Of a stretch of 49,564 nt of DNA, positions 37,693 through 46,954 are shown piece by piece. The notes under the pieces were generated by a model, which was not told the DNA's origin, did no database searches, and was given only the letters and a program-made list of their open reading frames with translations. Made by a program: the position numbers and the translations under genes. The DNA comes from Gemmatimonadales bacterium (GTDB lineage Bacteria > Gemmatimonadota > Gemmatimonadetes > Gemmatimonadales > Gemmatimonadaceae). Where the stretch lies: assembly GCA_039933985.1 (NCBI GenBank), contig JBDTNA010000001.1:1-49564 (forward strand). The letters are read 5' to 3'. The stretch's first letter is position 1, and each line of letters opens with the position of its first letter.

Positions 37693-37741
37693 AGAATCTT
37701 GCTTTTTGACCTCTTTTTTTCGAGATCAGAAAATCTCGCAG

Positions 37742-39685
37742 CTAAGTACCCACTCCAGCTCGTGACCGTTTCTTCTCCACTTCAATCACAAGATTCTGGA
37801 TATCGCTCGGACTCACGCCGGGAATTCGCGATGCCTGCGCGAGAGTGCGCGGCTGAATTGTCTGGAGCTTCTGCCTGGCTTCGTATGAGAGTGACTGCAT
37901 GTCTGCATACGGAAGATCGCCCGGTATCGGGAAATCACCCATCGTGCGCATTCGATCCGCCTGAGCCCTTTCCCGATCGAAGTAGCCGGCGTACTTGATC
38001 TCGAGCTCTACTGACAACAGCGCTGTCGGAGAAAATTGCGACCCCACTCCCGCGGCTTCGAGCACGGAAGTAAGAGGCACGCCGTGTCGTCGTACGAGCT
38101 CGACGACCTTCACCGGATGTGCAATGTCCGATGACTTTGCCGCGGAAAGAACCTCAGCAGCCTGCAGTGGAGAAATACTAGTCGCCGCCGCCGTCTCATG
38201 AATACGCCGTTCCTCGGCGAGTCGATCCTCGACGACGGCCTTCTCACGATCGTCAAACAGATCCAGGCCAATTGCGATCGGACCAAGACGCGAGAGAGCA
38301 TTGTCCTGTCGAACCGTGAGACGGAACTCGGATCTCGACGTGAAAAGACGATACGGCTCATCGACGCCACACGTCACCAGATCATCGACAAGCACACCGA
38401 TATACGATGTCTCGCGGCCGAGTATGAGGGGATCACGATCGAGAGCTGATCGCCCTGCGTTGATTCCGGCAAGCACGCCCTGTCCCGCAGCTTCCTCATA
38501 TCCAGTAGTGCCGTTTATCTGGCCGGCGAAATACAAGCCTGCAATTGCCTTCACCTGCAGCGTCGCATCGAGCTGCGTTGGCGGATAGTAATCGTATTCG
38601 ATCGCATAGCCCGCGCGGTTCATGCGCACATTCTCGAGACCCGGAACCGTGCGCATGATTTCAAGTTGCACCGGCGCAGGAAGCGACGTCGAGAGTCCGT
38701 TGACGTAGAGCTCGGACGTATCGTGTCCTTCAGGCTCGAGGAAAAGCTGATGACGCTCCGCGAGCGGGAATCGAACGACCTTGTCTTCTACTGACGGACA
38801 GTAGCGCGGACCTCGCGCAGTGATCGCTCCGCCGTACATCGCGGACTGATTGATGTTGTCCTGGATTATTTTTTTCGCAGGAGCATCGAGGTGTGCGATC
38901 CAGCATGGCATCTGTTCGGGATGACGTGTCGCTCCATCTACAACGCGTGGTGATTTCCAGAAATGCGACCAGGAGTAATCGAACTGGTCGATCTCGCTTT
39001 CCTGTCGCTGAACTTTGGAATAGTCAACAGATCTTCCATCGATGCGAGGCGGAGTTCCCGTCTTGAAGCGCTCGACGGCAAGCCCGGCGCTCTCGAGCTG
39101 TTCGGCCAGATGCGTCGCCGAAGATTCTCCCGCACGACCACCCGCCATACTCGTTGTGGTTCCGATGTGAATCCGGCCGCGGAGGAATGTCCCGGTGGTG
39201 ATGACAACGCATCTGCCGGTGAATGCACGGCCTTCGAGCGTCTCGATTCCTTCGACACGATCGCCTGAAGGGCTGAGAATCAAGCGGGCGACAGTTCCCT
39301 GGATCGTCTGAAGATTGGACTGCTCTTCGAGAAGAGATCTGGCCGCACGACGATAGAGACCGCGATCGCACTGAGCTCGTGGTGCCCAGACAGCCGGACC
39401 CTTACTTCGGTTGAGCATCCTGAACTGAATTGCCGCAAGATCGGTCACGCGTCCCATGATTCCGCCAAGCGCATCGACCTCACGGACAACGGTGCCCTTT
39501 GCAACACCGCCGATTGCCGGATTGCACGACATCTGGCCAATTGTCTCGAGTGCGCTCGTTATCAACCCAACCGATGCACCAGTGCGCGCGGCAGCGACTG
39601 CCGCCTCCGTACCAGCGTGACCGGCTCCGACTACGAGAACGTCGAAATTCGCTTCGATCGACCGCGAACGACTTTCAGGAGGCAT
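37742..39685 (-). CDS. mnmG: tRNA uridine 5-carboxymethylaminomethyl modification enzyme MnmG (GidA)
   Basis: GAGHAG, MSCNPAIGG, RFKTGTPPR, GPRYCPS.EDK, AGQINGTTGYEEAA. Confidence 0.98.
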   Translation of the reverse strand: MPPESRSRSIEANFDVLVVGAGHAGTEAAVAAARTGASVGLITSALETIGQMSCNPAIGGVAKGTVVREVDALGGIMGRVTDLAAIQFRMLNRSKGPAVWAPRAQCDRGLYRRAARSLLEEQSNLQTIQGTVARLILSPSGDRVEGIETLEGRAFTGRCVVITTGTFLRGRIHIGTTTSMAGGRAGESSATHLAEQLESAGLAVERFKTGTPPRIDGRSVDYSKVQRQESEIDQFDYSWSHFWKSPRVVDGATRHPEQMPCWIAHLDAPAKKIIQDNINQSAMYGGAITARGPRYCPSVEDKVVRFPLAERHQLFLEPEGHDTSELYVNGLSTSLPAPVQLEIMRTVPGLENVRMNRAGYAIEYDYYPPTQLDATLQVKAIAGLYFAGQINGTTGYEEAAGQGVLAGINAGRSALDRDPLILGRETSYIGVLVDDLVTCGVDEPYRLFTSRSEFRLTVRQDNALSRLGPIAIGLDLFDDREKAVVEDRLAEERRIHETAAATSISPLQAAEVLSAAKSSDIAHPVKVVELVRRHGVPLTSVLEAAGVGSQFSPTALLSVELEIKYAGYFDRERAQADRMRTMGDFPIPGDLPYADMQSLSYEARQKLQTIQPRTLAQASRIPGVSPSDIQNLVIEVEKKRSRAGVGT

Positions 39686-39746
39686 ACATTGAAGGTAACA
39701 ACGCTGCGGGGAAGATTGTCAGCGTAGACGACCGCCGGAGAACCAG

Positions 39747-40025
39747 ATGCCGCTCGAAGCACCAGCAGGATTGCCAACGATTCTCGTCAGAAAAGACGCA
39801 TACGAACGCACCGGTCTTTTGCGGTCGGAGATAGATCAGCAGTTCAATCTCACCGATGCTGAATTTCGTGTCGAAGGAAATCTCGTAGCAATCGGTCCAC
39901 TTCCATCAGATGAAATGGTTGGCCCGATGCTCGACTACCTCGAGCAAAAAGGCCTGGCTTATTACGATGATGTCTTCGAGCTGAGCGGCAACTGGCCCGA
40001 CTGGGTCAGGCTCTTCGCGATGTAG
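39747..40025 (+). CDS. Small hypothetical protein (92 aa)
   Basis: GGAG SD; protein-like composition; fills the gap between mnmG and the NfeD-like gene. Confidence 0.65.
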   Translation: MPLEAPAGLPTILVRKDAYERTGLLRSEIDQQFNLTDAEFRVEGNLVAIGPLPSDEMVGPMLDYLEQKGLAYYDDVFELSGNWPDWVRLFAM

Positions 40026-40044
40026 AGGCCCAAGGGAGACGCAC

Positions 40045-40572
40045 CTACAGTCGCTGCTCTACCACCGACCACAATTCGACGCGAGCCACCCCGCCCTCGA
40101 CAACGTCGATCACGACTTCGGTGTCGGCTGGAATGTCCGCTCCGTCAACGCTTCGTGCGGGCAGCACATGCTTCTTGTCCCACGCGAAATAGGTGATCTC
40201 TCCGGATTCGTCACCAGCAATGTCTTTCGAGACCGTCGCGACCTGTCCGTTGATCTCATCGTCTTCGACATGTGTTGACGGAGGACTGAGCGCCCACTTT
40301 GCCATCAGGACCGTCATTCCAAAAAAGGCAGCGACTCCCACGCCAAGCGCGATCACGAGAACAATCCACTGACCAAGAGAGCTGCGTGTGCTGAAGAGAT
40401 AGCCCGCGGTGCCAAAACCTGACGCCAGTGCTGCGACAGTCGGCGGATTGAATAGCGCCGATGGCTTCAATGAGCGCCGTCGCTTCCATCTCTCTGCACC
40501 CAGCAACATTGCATTGACGGCGAGTGCCAAGCCGCCAAGAAATGCAACGAGATAAATGACTTTCCAGATCAT
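40045..40572 (-). CDS. NfeD-like membrane protein (TM helices plus C-terminal OB fold)
   Basis: Three TM segments then GQVATV..I....GEI...LPARSVDG..IP...EVVI..VEGGVARV. Confidence 0.75.
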   Translation of the reverse strand: MIWKVIYLVAFLGGLALAVNAMLLGAERWKRRRSLKPSALFNPPTVAALASGFGTAGYLFSTRSSLGQWIVLVIALGVGVAAFFGMTVLMAKWALSPPSTHVEDDEINGQVATVSKDIAGDESGEITYFAWDKKHVLPARSVDGADIPADTEVVIDVVEGGVARVELWSVVEQRL

Positions 40573-40576
40573 TCCG

Positions 40577-41473
40577 TCAGCGACCGAGGTAGCGTCTGAA
40601 CCAGGAGACCGTGGCTGGCCATGCCTGCTGTGTGGCGGTCAGGTTCGCACCGGCTTGTCCGCTTTGCTGCCGCAGGAATCCGTGACCGGCGCCTTCATAA
40701 CTGTAGTGCGTATAGGTCTTGTTCATCGCCTTCATCGCCGAATCAGCCGGTGGGATCGTGGCACCAACGCGCGCATCCGTGCCTCCGTACAAACCAAGTA
40801 CCGGTGCCTTGACCGACGACAGAGACTCGGGAGAGGGATTGGGACCGTAGTAGACGACCGAGGCACCGAGTGTCGGAGAATGAACAGCGTGCTCGAAGGA
40901 GATGTTGCCGCCCCAGCAGAATCCGACGACTCCATACTTTGGCTGTGCTGATGGAAACGCCATCGCATAGCGAGCCGCGACATCGATGTACCGCTGAACG
41001 TCGGCGTTGTCGAGCGTTCGAATAGCGGCAGTCGCGAGCTCAGCGGGCACGCTGTCGGTTGGGTTGGGAAGGTTCTTCATCGTCAACAGATCCGGCGCGA
41101 TCGCAATAAAACCCTCGGCCGCAAACTGATCTGCAACTGCGCGCACCCACGGACTGAGGCCGTAGATCTCGTGGACGACGACGATGACGGGCGCCTTGTC
41201 CTTTCGCTCAGGATAGACAACCCAGGCGCGCACACTGTCGCCATTGCCGCCGGGAATCATCACCCATTCGCCATGCCGAGGCGAAGAGGCGAGCCGCGCT
41301 CTTGCACCAGCTGCATCAGCAGGAAGCGTGTTGCTGGCCGGAACAGCAAGCGAGGCCGATGGCGCGGCCGAATCGTGATTCGAGTGATCGGCCGTGTTGT
41401 TCATCTGCGTTGTGGTGCACGCGGCAAGGAATAGCAGCGACGTGGCGGCGTGGCGGGCAAATCGAACGTGCAT
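40577..41473 (-). CDS. Dienelactone hydrolase family lipoprotein
   Basis: Lipobox LAAC; HEIYGL, GFCWGG, AGHGF. Confidence 0.9.
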   Translation of the reverse strand: MHVRFARHAATSLLFLAACTTTQMNNTADHSNHDSAAPSASLAVPASNTLPADAAGARARLASSPRHGEWVMIPGGNGDSVRAWVVYPERKDKAPVIVVVHEIYGLSPWVRAVADQFAAEGFIAIAPDLLTMKNLPNPTDSVPAELATAAIRTLDNADVQRYIDVAARYAMAFPSAQPKYGVVGFCWGGNISFEHAVHSPTLGASVVYYGPNPSPESLSSVKAPVLGLYGGTDARVGATIPPADSAMKAMNKTYTHYSYEGAGHGFLRQQSGQAGANLTATQQAWPATVSWFRRYLGR

Positions 41474-41496
41474 TGAAGACTCCTGTTGATCTGTTG

Positions 41497-42504
41497 TCAG
41501 CTTGCATCCAGCTGGCTTGCAAGAAAATCGCCCGCCCGTTTCTCCAGATAATAAACCGGCTCCAGCGGACTGCGACCGCCGACGAAGCCGACGTGCCCAC
41601 CGCGCGCTGTGAACTCCAGCTCGAGCGCCGGATTCCTTCCTGCTATGCCGCGAACGTCGTCAAGAACCTGTCCGGGGAGGAAGGGATCGTCAACCGCGCT
41701 TAATAGTAGCGTTTTAACACTAATATCGCTGAGCCATTTGATCGAGCTCGAGCGAGAGTAATAGTCCTCGGCGTCACGGAATCCGTGAACCGGCGCTGTG
41801 AACGAATCGTCGAACTCTACCATCGTTACAGCGGACTCGACTGCCTCGGGCGATGCGAGGTCCGGAAACGTCTTCAGCTTCGCTGTCGCCTTGCGCTTGA
41901 GAGAGTTGATGAAGCTTCTGCGATACACCTTGGAGAATCCCTGGTCGATGTGGCGTGCGGAACGGCTCAGGTCGAACGGGACGGAAACTGCCACCGCGCC
42001 CTTGAGACGCGGTGAAACATCAGAGCCGCGTTCGCCGAGATATTTGAGAAGGACATTGCCACCCAGCGATACGCCGGCGCACACCATGTCGGATTCAGGA
42101 AAAGCACTCAGGAGATAGTCTATCGCGAACGCGATGTCGGTAGTCTCGCCCGAGTGATAAAAGCGGCGAGTACGGTTCAGCTCATCACCACATGACCTGA
42201 AGATCAGAACCGCGGCATGCCATCCTCGGCGACTGGCCTCGCCCAGGAGAGCCTTGATATAATGAGAGCGAATCGAGCCTTCGAGGCCGTGCAGCAGTAC
42301 GAGCAGTGGCGCACCGGCAGGAGCATCGAGGTGATGGATGTCGAGAAAATCGCCGTCAGGTGTGTTGATGCGCTCGAGGCGAGTTGGGTGTGCCGGCTGC
42401 CGCCGAAGAAACTTTCCCCACAGGGTCTGGAGGTGAGGATTCGAAAGCCACCACGCTGGCGTGAATTCAGCTACGTTCGGCGGCACTGAGTTGCGGCGTG
42501 GCAC
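41497..42504 (-). CDS. YheT-family alpha/beta hydrolase
   Basis: NPHLQT, LHGLEGS, GVSLGGN, DDPF, GGHVGF; start uncertain (GTG 42504 or 42486). Confidence 0.88.
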   Translation of the reverse strand: MPRRNSVPPNVAEFTPAWWLSNPHLQTLWGKFLRRQPAHPTRLERINTPDGDFLDIHHLDAPAGAPLLVLLHGLEGSIRSHYIKALLGEASRRGWHAAVLIFRSCGDELNRTRRFYHSGETTDIAFAIDYLLSAFPESDMVCAGVSLGGNVLLKYLGERGSDVSPRLKGAVAVSVPFDLSRSARHIDQGFSKVYRRSFINSLKRKATAKLKTFPDLASPEAVESAVTMVEFDDSFTAPVHGFRDAEDYYSRSSSIKWLSDISVKTLLLSAVDDPFLPGQVLDDVRGIAGRNPALELEFTARGGHVGFVGGRSPLEPVYYLEKRAGDFLASQLDAS

Positions 42505-42563
42505 GGCTCGATGAATTGTGGGTGGTAGGACTTCAACTTCGCAGATTCCACTCTCCAAAGACA

Positions 42564-42911
42564 ATGGAAGTTCAGATATTCGGCATCAGAAAAAACGCTG
42601 ATACAAGAAAGGCCCTGCGATTCTTTTCGGAGAGGAGAATCAAGACGCACTTCGTTGATCTCAACGAACGGGCCGCATCGCCTGGCGAGCTACGACGATT
42701 CGCGCAAAAGTTCGGAGTCGGTGCGCTGATCGATCAGGAATCGGTTCGATATCAGGATCTTGGATTGAGACATGCGCGCATGTCGGACGACACATGGCTG
42801 TCCAAGCTTGCCGACGAGCCGATGATTCTGAAGGTCCCTCTTGTCCGAAGCGGCAATCAATTCACGATCGGGCTCGAGGAAAAAACATGGAAGGAATGGA
42901 CCGGACGCTGA
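42564..42911 (+). CDS. ArsC/Spx/YffB-family protein lacking cysteine
   Basis: MEVQIFG....DTRKALRFF.ER.I, S.GEL, P.ILKVPLVR, IG pattern. Confidence 0.8.
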   Translation: MEVQIFGIRKNADTRKALRFFSERRIKTHFVDLNERAASPGELRRFAQKFGVGALIDQESVRYQDLGLRHARMSDDTWLSKLADEPMILKVPLVRSGNQFTIGLEEKTWKEWTGR

Positions 42912-42955
42912 CTGGTCGCGGTTTGGAATGAAGCCGAATCGCGCTAGGTTGGAGC

Positions 42956-44053
42956 ATGCCGACTGATTCCAGCTTCGGGACTTTTTTCCTTCCAGGTCCC
43001 ACCGAGGTTCGCTCCGAAGTCCTTGCGGCGATGCTGAAGCCAATGATTCCGCACCGAAGCGCGGAATTCGAGGAGCTCTTCGGCCGCCTTCAGAGTGGAC
43101 TGAAAGAGCTCTTCCTGACCGCGCGCCCTGTCTTCGTCGCTGCCTCATCGGGGACGGGCATGATGGAAGCAGCTATCAGGGCACTTCCGCCGGGTCCAAT
43201 CCTGTGCCTGATCAACGGCGCGTTCTCCGAGCGATTTGCTCACATCGCCGAAATGTGCAGTCGCCAAGTCGATCGATACGAAGTGGCATGGGGTGAGGTC
43301 CACGAAATCGGTAGGTTAGATAATTATCTATCAGCAAAGAAGTACCGGGCGATTACCGCGACCCATTCCGAGACGTCGACCGGTGCACTGAATCAGGTGC
43401 GCGCAATCTCCGACGCAGCGCATTCGCGCGGAGCGATGTGCATGATCGACAGTGTGAGCGGCCTCGGCGGAGCAGAACTGCGTTTTGACGAATGGAAGTT
43501 AGATTACGTTCTTACTGGTTCGCAAAAGGCCATTGCCCTGCCCCCCGGCCTCGCCTTCGCCGTCGCATCCGAAGAAGTAATCGCCCTCGCTGAAAAAACA
43601 GAAAACCGGGGCGTTTACTTCGACCTGGTCGAGATGAACCGGTTTGCGAAAGGCAACCAGGTTCCTGCCACACCCGCGTTCTCGCTTTTGTACGCCCTGG
43701 AAGTTCAACTCGAAGCGATGTTGAGCGAAGGAATCGCCAATCGGTGGCAGAGGCATCGCGACATGGCGAACGCCACCGATGCGTGGGTCTCGACTGTCCA
43801 CGATCGCACCGGAGTCGCACTCGACAACATCGTCAAGGCAGGATCGAGATCGCCGACTGTATCGACGATTCGACTCCCTGCAGAAATCAACGGCAAGTCG
43901 TTCGTCCAGAAAGTGAAGGCGCATGGAATTCAGCTGGGCGGCGGCTACGGAAAGCTTGGCGATACGACATTCCGCATCGGACACATGGGAGATCACAACG
44001 TCGAAACGCTGCAGCGATGCTTCGACGCATGTGAGGCAGTGCTGAAGGCTTGA
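42956..44053 (+). CDS. Class V PLP aminotransferase (alanine-glyoxylate/serine-pyruvate family)
   Basis: PGPT, HRS, SSGTG.MEAA, HSETSTG, DSVS, GSQKA, FRIGHMG. Confidence 0.92.
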   Translation: MPTDSSFGTFFLPGPTEVRSEVLAAMLKPMIPHRSAEFEELFGRLQSGLKELFLTARPVFVAASSGTGMMEAAIRALPPGPILCLINGAFSERFAHIAEMCSRQVDRYEVAWGEVHEIGRLDNYLSAKKYRAITATHSETSTGALNQVRAISDAAHSRGAMCMIDSVSGLGGAELRFDEWKLDYVLTGSQKAIALPPGLAFAVASEEVIALAEKTENRGVYFDLVEMNRFAKGNQVPATPAFSLLYALEVQLEAMLSEGIANRWQRHRDMANATDAWVSTVHDRTGVALDNIVKAGSRSPTVSTIRLPAEINGKSFVQKVKAHGIQLGGGYGKLGDTTFRIGHMGDHNVETLQRCFDACEAVLKA

Positions 44054-46002
44054 CCCAGATCTCTATCTCTGGTGCCGCCGTTCAGTTTGGCGCAACCACA
44101 CTCTTCAGAGACGTCACGTTCACCGCTGCCAGGGGCGACCGATGGGGAGTCCTCGGTCGCAACGGCACCGGAAAGACAACACTCTTCCGGCTGATAACAG
44201 GTGATCAGACGCCAAGCTCGGGAAGCGTGTCGAAGCAGCCGGGACTGCGCGTCTCGCTCCTCGAGCAGCATCGCGATTTTGGAGAAGCCGCAACCGTGTG
44301 GGAAGCCGCGGCCGGCCAGTTCGCCGACCTTCTCGCGCTCGAGCAATCATTGGCCGAGCAGGCGATCGAGATCGGTGAGCTTGGTGAAAAGTCGAGCGCG
44401 GCGATGCTGGGGAAGTACGATCGTGATCTCGAGCGATTCGATCGCGAAGGCGGGTACACGTTTGCGCCTCGCGTCGATGCCGTGCTGCATGGTTTGGGAT
44501 TCGATCCGGTCGAGGCGCGGACCAGACCATTGTCACAACTGTCAGGTGGTGAGCGCGGCCGACTTGGAGTGGCGCGACAGCTTGTCAGTCCTGCTGACGT
44601 CCTTCTCCTCGACGAGCCGACGAATCACCTAGATCTCGATACGACGCAATGGCTGGAGAGTTATCTCCAGTCGACCGACAAGACGATTCTTCTGATCAGT
44701 CACGACCGCGCATTTCTCGCGAACGTCGTCGATCACGTGCTCCACTTCGAGGGCGATTCGGCGTTCGCCTACACGGGAGGGTATGAGGCGTTCGTCAGAC
44801 AGCGCGAAGAAAAGCGACTCACGCAACAACGCGCGTTCGAGAAGCAGCAGAAGTTCATTGCTGATCGCGAAGACTACATCCGCAGAAATCTTGCAGGGCA
44901 GAACACCAAGCAGGCGAAAGGGCGTCGCAAGCTGCTCTCGAGACTTCCGCGACTGAGCACGCCTGTAGCAGGTGACGGGTCGATGGCCCTTCGTCTCGAG
45001 ATCGCCGATCGCGGAGGCGACCAGGTCGTAGTCGCCGACCACGCGACGATTGGAATCGGCGACCGCGTTCTGATCGAAGACTTCACCGCATCCCTCAAGC
45101 GCGGTGAAATTGCCGGGCTTCTTGGACCAAACGGCACCGGCAAATCAACGCTCCTTCGCGCACTCCTCGGCGAACATGAACTACTGGACGGCGAGCTCAG
45201 AGTGGGCGGATCGATCAGGGCCGCGTACTACCGGCAGGATCTGAGTCAGGTCCCGATGGACAAGTCGATGTACGACGTGATCGCCGACATCAGGCCATTG
45301 TGGGAGCGACGCCAGGTTCAAAGTCATCTTGCCCGATTTGGGTTTTCCGGCGATGAAGTTCAGCGCGATGCGTCGACTCTATCCGGCGGCGAGAGAGCGC
45401 GTGTAGCGCTGGCGATGATCGTGCTCGCCAAGGCCAATCTGCTAATTCTCGACGAGCCGACGAACCATCTGGATGTCGAATCGATCGAATCGCTCGAAGA
45501 CGCGATTCAGGAATACGACGGTACCGTTCTGCTGGTGAGCCACGACCGCGAACTTCTGAGAGTGCTCGTCAATCGTGTGTGGGTGCTTCACGATAAACGA
45601 ATCACCGATTTTTCTGGAACCTTCGGTGAGTGGGAGGTCGCAAGCCAGGAGCGCGCTCACGCTGCCGCAGTCAATGCTGCCGAGGAAGAGTCACTGCGTC
45701 GCATGCACGAGAAGCAGAAAACGAAGCGGCGCGAAGACGATCGTGGAAAGCAGCGTAATACTGCGAAGAACGCGCGCCGAAAAGCAGAAGAAGCAGAGAA
45801 AAAAGTCTCTGACCTGGAGAAAAAAATCTCCGACGTGACTTCGACCCTGGCAGACCCCGCGCTCTACATGACGGAAGACGGAAAAGCGCGCGCCCTCAAA
45901 GCGGGTGTTGAGCTGGAGCGTTTCAAGACAGCGCTCGACAAAGCCCTCGAGGAATGGACTGTAGCAACGGAGCTCGCTGAATCGAACAGCAGCGCCCGCT
46001 AG
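44050..46002 (+). CDS. ABC-F family ATPase (Uup/YdiF-like)
   Basis: Two NBDs (GRNGTGKTT, GPNGTGKST), two LSGGE and DEPTNHLD motifs, inter-NBD linker, C-terminal coiled coil, no TM. Confidence 0.93.
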   Translation: MTQISISGAAVQFGATTLFRDVTFTAARGDRWGVLGRNGTGKTTLFRLITGDQTPSSGSVSKQPGLRVSLLEQHRDFGEAATVWEAAAGQFADLLALEQSLAEQAIEIGELGEKSSAAMLGKYDRDLERFDREGGYTFAPRVDAVLHGLGFDPVEARTRPLSQLSGGERGRLGVARQLVSPADVLLLDEPTNHLDLDTTQWLESYLQSTDKTILLISHDRAFLANVVDHVLHFEGDSAFAYTGGYEAFVRQREEKRLTQQRAFEKQQKFIADREDYIRRNLAGQNTKQAKGRRKLLSRLPRLSTPVAGDGSMALRLEIADRGGDQVVVADHATIGIGDRVLIEDFTASLKRGEIAGLLGPNGTGKSTLLRALLGEHELLDGELRVGGSIRAAYYRQDLSQVPMDKSMYDVIADIRPLWERRQVQSHLARFGFSGDEVQRDASTLSGGERARVALAMIVLAKANLLILDEPTNHLDVESIESLEDAIQEYDGTVLLVSHDRELLRVLVNRVWVLHDKRITDFSGTFGEWEVASQERAHAAAVNAAEEESLRRMHEKQKTKRREDDRGKQRNTAKNARRKAEEAEKKVSDLEKKISDVTSTLADPALYMTEDGKARALKAGVELERFKTALDKALEEWTVATELAESNSSAR

Positions 46003-46934
46003 AACTCGCCGATAAACCCGATCTCGGGCTCGAGGCGCACGCCGAATTTCCCTTCCACGGCGTCCTGGGCGATCACTATCAACTCGCGAACATCGCGCGC
46101 AGTCGCCTTGCCTAGGTTGACCATTATGTTGGCGTGAATGTGTGAGATCTGGGCGTCGCCGTGACGGAATCCTTTGAGACCGCACTGATCGATCAGACGT
46201 CCCGCTCCCATTCCTTCGATTTTCTTGAAGATCGAGCCCGCGCTCGGGTGGAACTGAAGCCAGGGATGACGAGCTCCACGCCAGCTAAGGTTCTCCTGCA
46301 TGACGCGGTGCATCACGGCGGTGTCGCCGCGCTCGAGCTGGAACGTCACTGCCAGAGCGACATCCATTCCACCGTGAAGAACGCTGGTGTCGTAGCCGAA
46401 CTGCATGTACTCCTTGTCGACAGTCTTTCGGTCCCCTTCTTCGGTAAGCAGCTCACACGAATGAAAGACGTCGGCAATGAACATCGTACGCTTGCGCTCG
46501 GGCTCAGGCTCGAGAAAATGAAGATTCTGCCAGACGGCTCCGCCGATTGTGCTGGGAATGCCGACGTAATGCTCTATTCCTGACCAGCCGCGCTCGACCG
46601 CTTCCGGTATGAGGTCTGCAACTACAGCACCGCTCTCGACCCACAGCTGCCCGTTGTCGGAGAAGTTGAAATGGCTTGCATGATTGCGGATTACGAGTCC
46701 GCGAAAGCCCTTGTCGCCGACGAGAATGTTGGCACCGAGGCCAAGCACGAAATACGGCACAGAAAGCTTACGTGCCGCTAACACCGCAGCAGCCAGATCG
46801 TCAGCAGTTTGTGTCGAATAGAAGAGATCGGCCGGACCACCGATGCGGAACGTGGTGTATGGACGTAGTGCCTCATTACGGCTGAGCTGTGTGTCGTTCA
46901 GCTGAAGGGCTAACTTTTCGTAGGCGTCAATCAT
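45999..46934 (-). CDS. murB: UDP-N-acetylenolpyruvoylglucosamine reductase (atypical)
   Basis: TTFRIGGPAD, LGLGANILVGD, GIPSTIGGA, PSAGSIFK, HAN, LEPEI; ATG start 46934 inferred. Confidence 0.88.
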   Translation of the reverse strand: MIDAYEKLALQLNDTQLSRNEALRPYTTFRIGGPADLFYSTQTADDLAAAVLAARKLSVPYFVLGLGANILVGDKGFRGLVIRNHASHFNFSDNGQLWVESGAVVADLIPEAVERGWSGIEHYVGIPSTIGGAVWQNLHFLEPEPERKRTMFIADVFHSCELLTEEGDRKTVDKEYMQFGYDTSVLHGGMDVALAVTFQLERGDTAVMHRVMQENLSWRGARHPWLQFHPSAGSIFKKIEGMGAGRLIDQCGLKGFRHGDAQISHIHANIMVNLGKATARDVRELIVIAQDAVEGKFGVRLEPEIGFIGEF

Positions 46935-46954
46935 CGAGGCTTTTGTTGACAAGC

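Noticed and set aside
37710-37740. Hairpin cgagat/atctcg with a T-run between eamA and mnmG
   Set aside because: The T-run precedes the stem, so neither strand has a U-tract after it; the stem is only 6 bp
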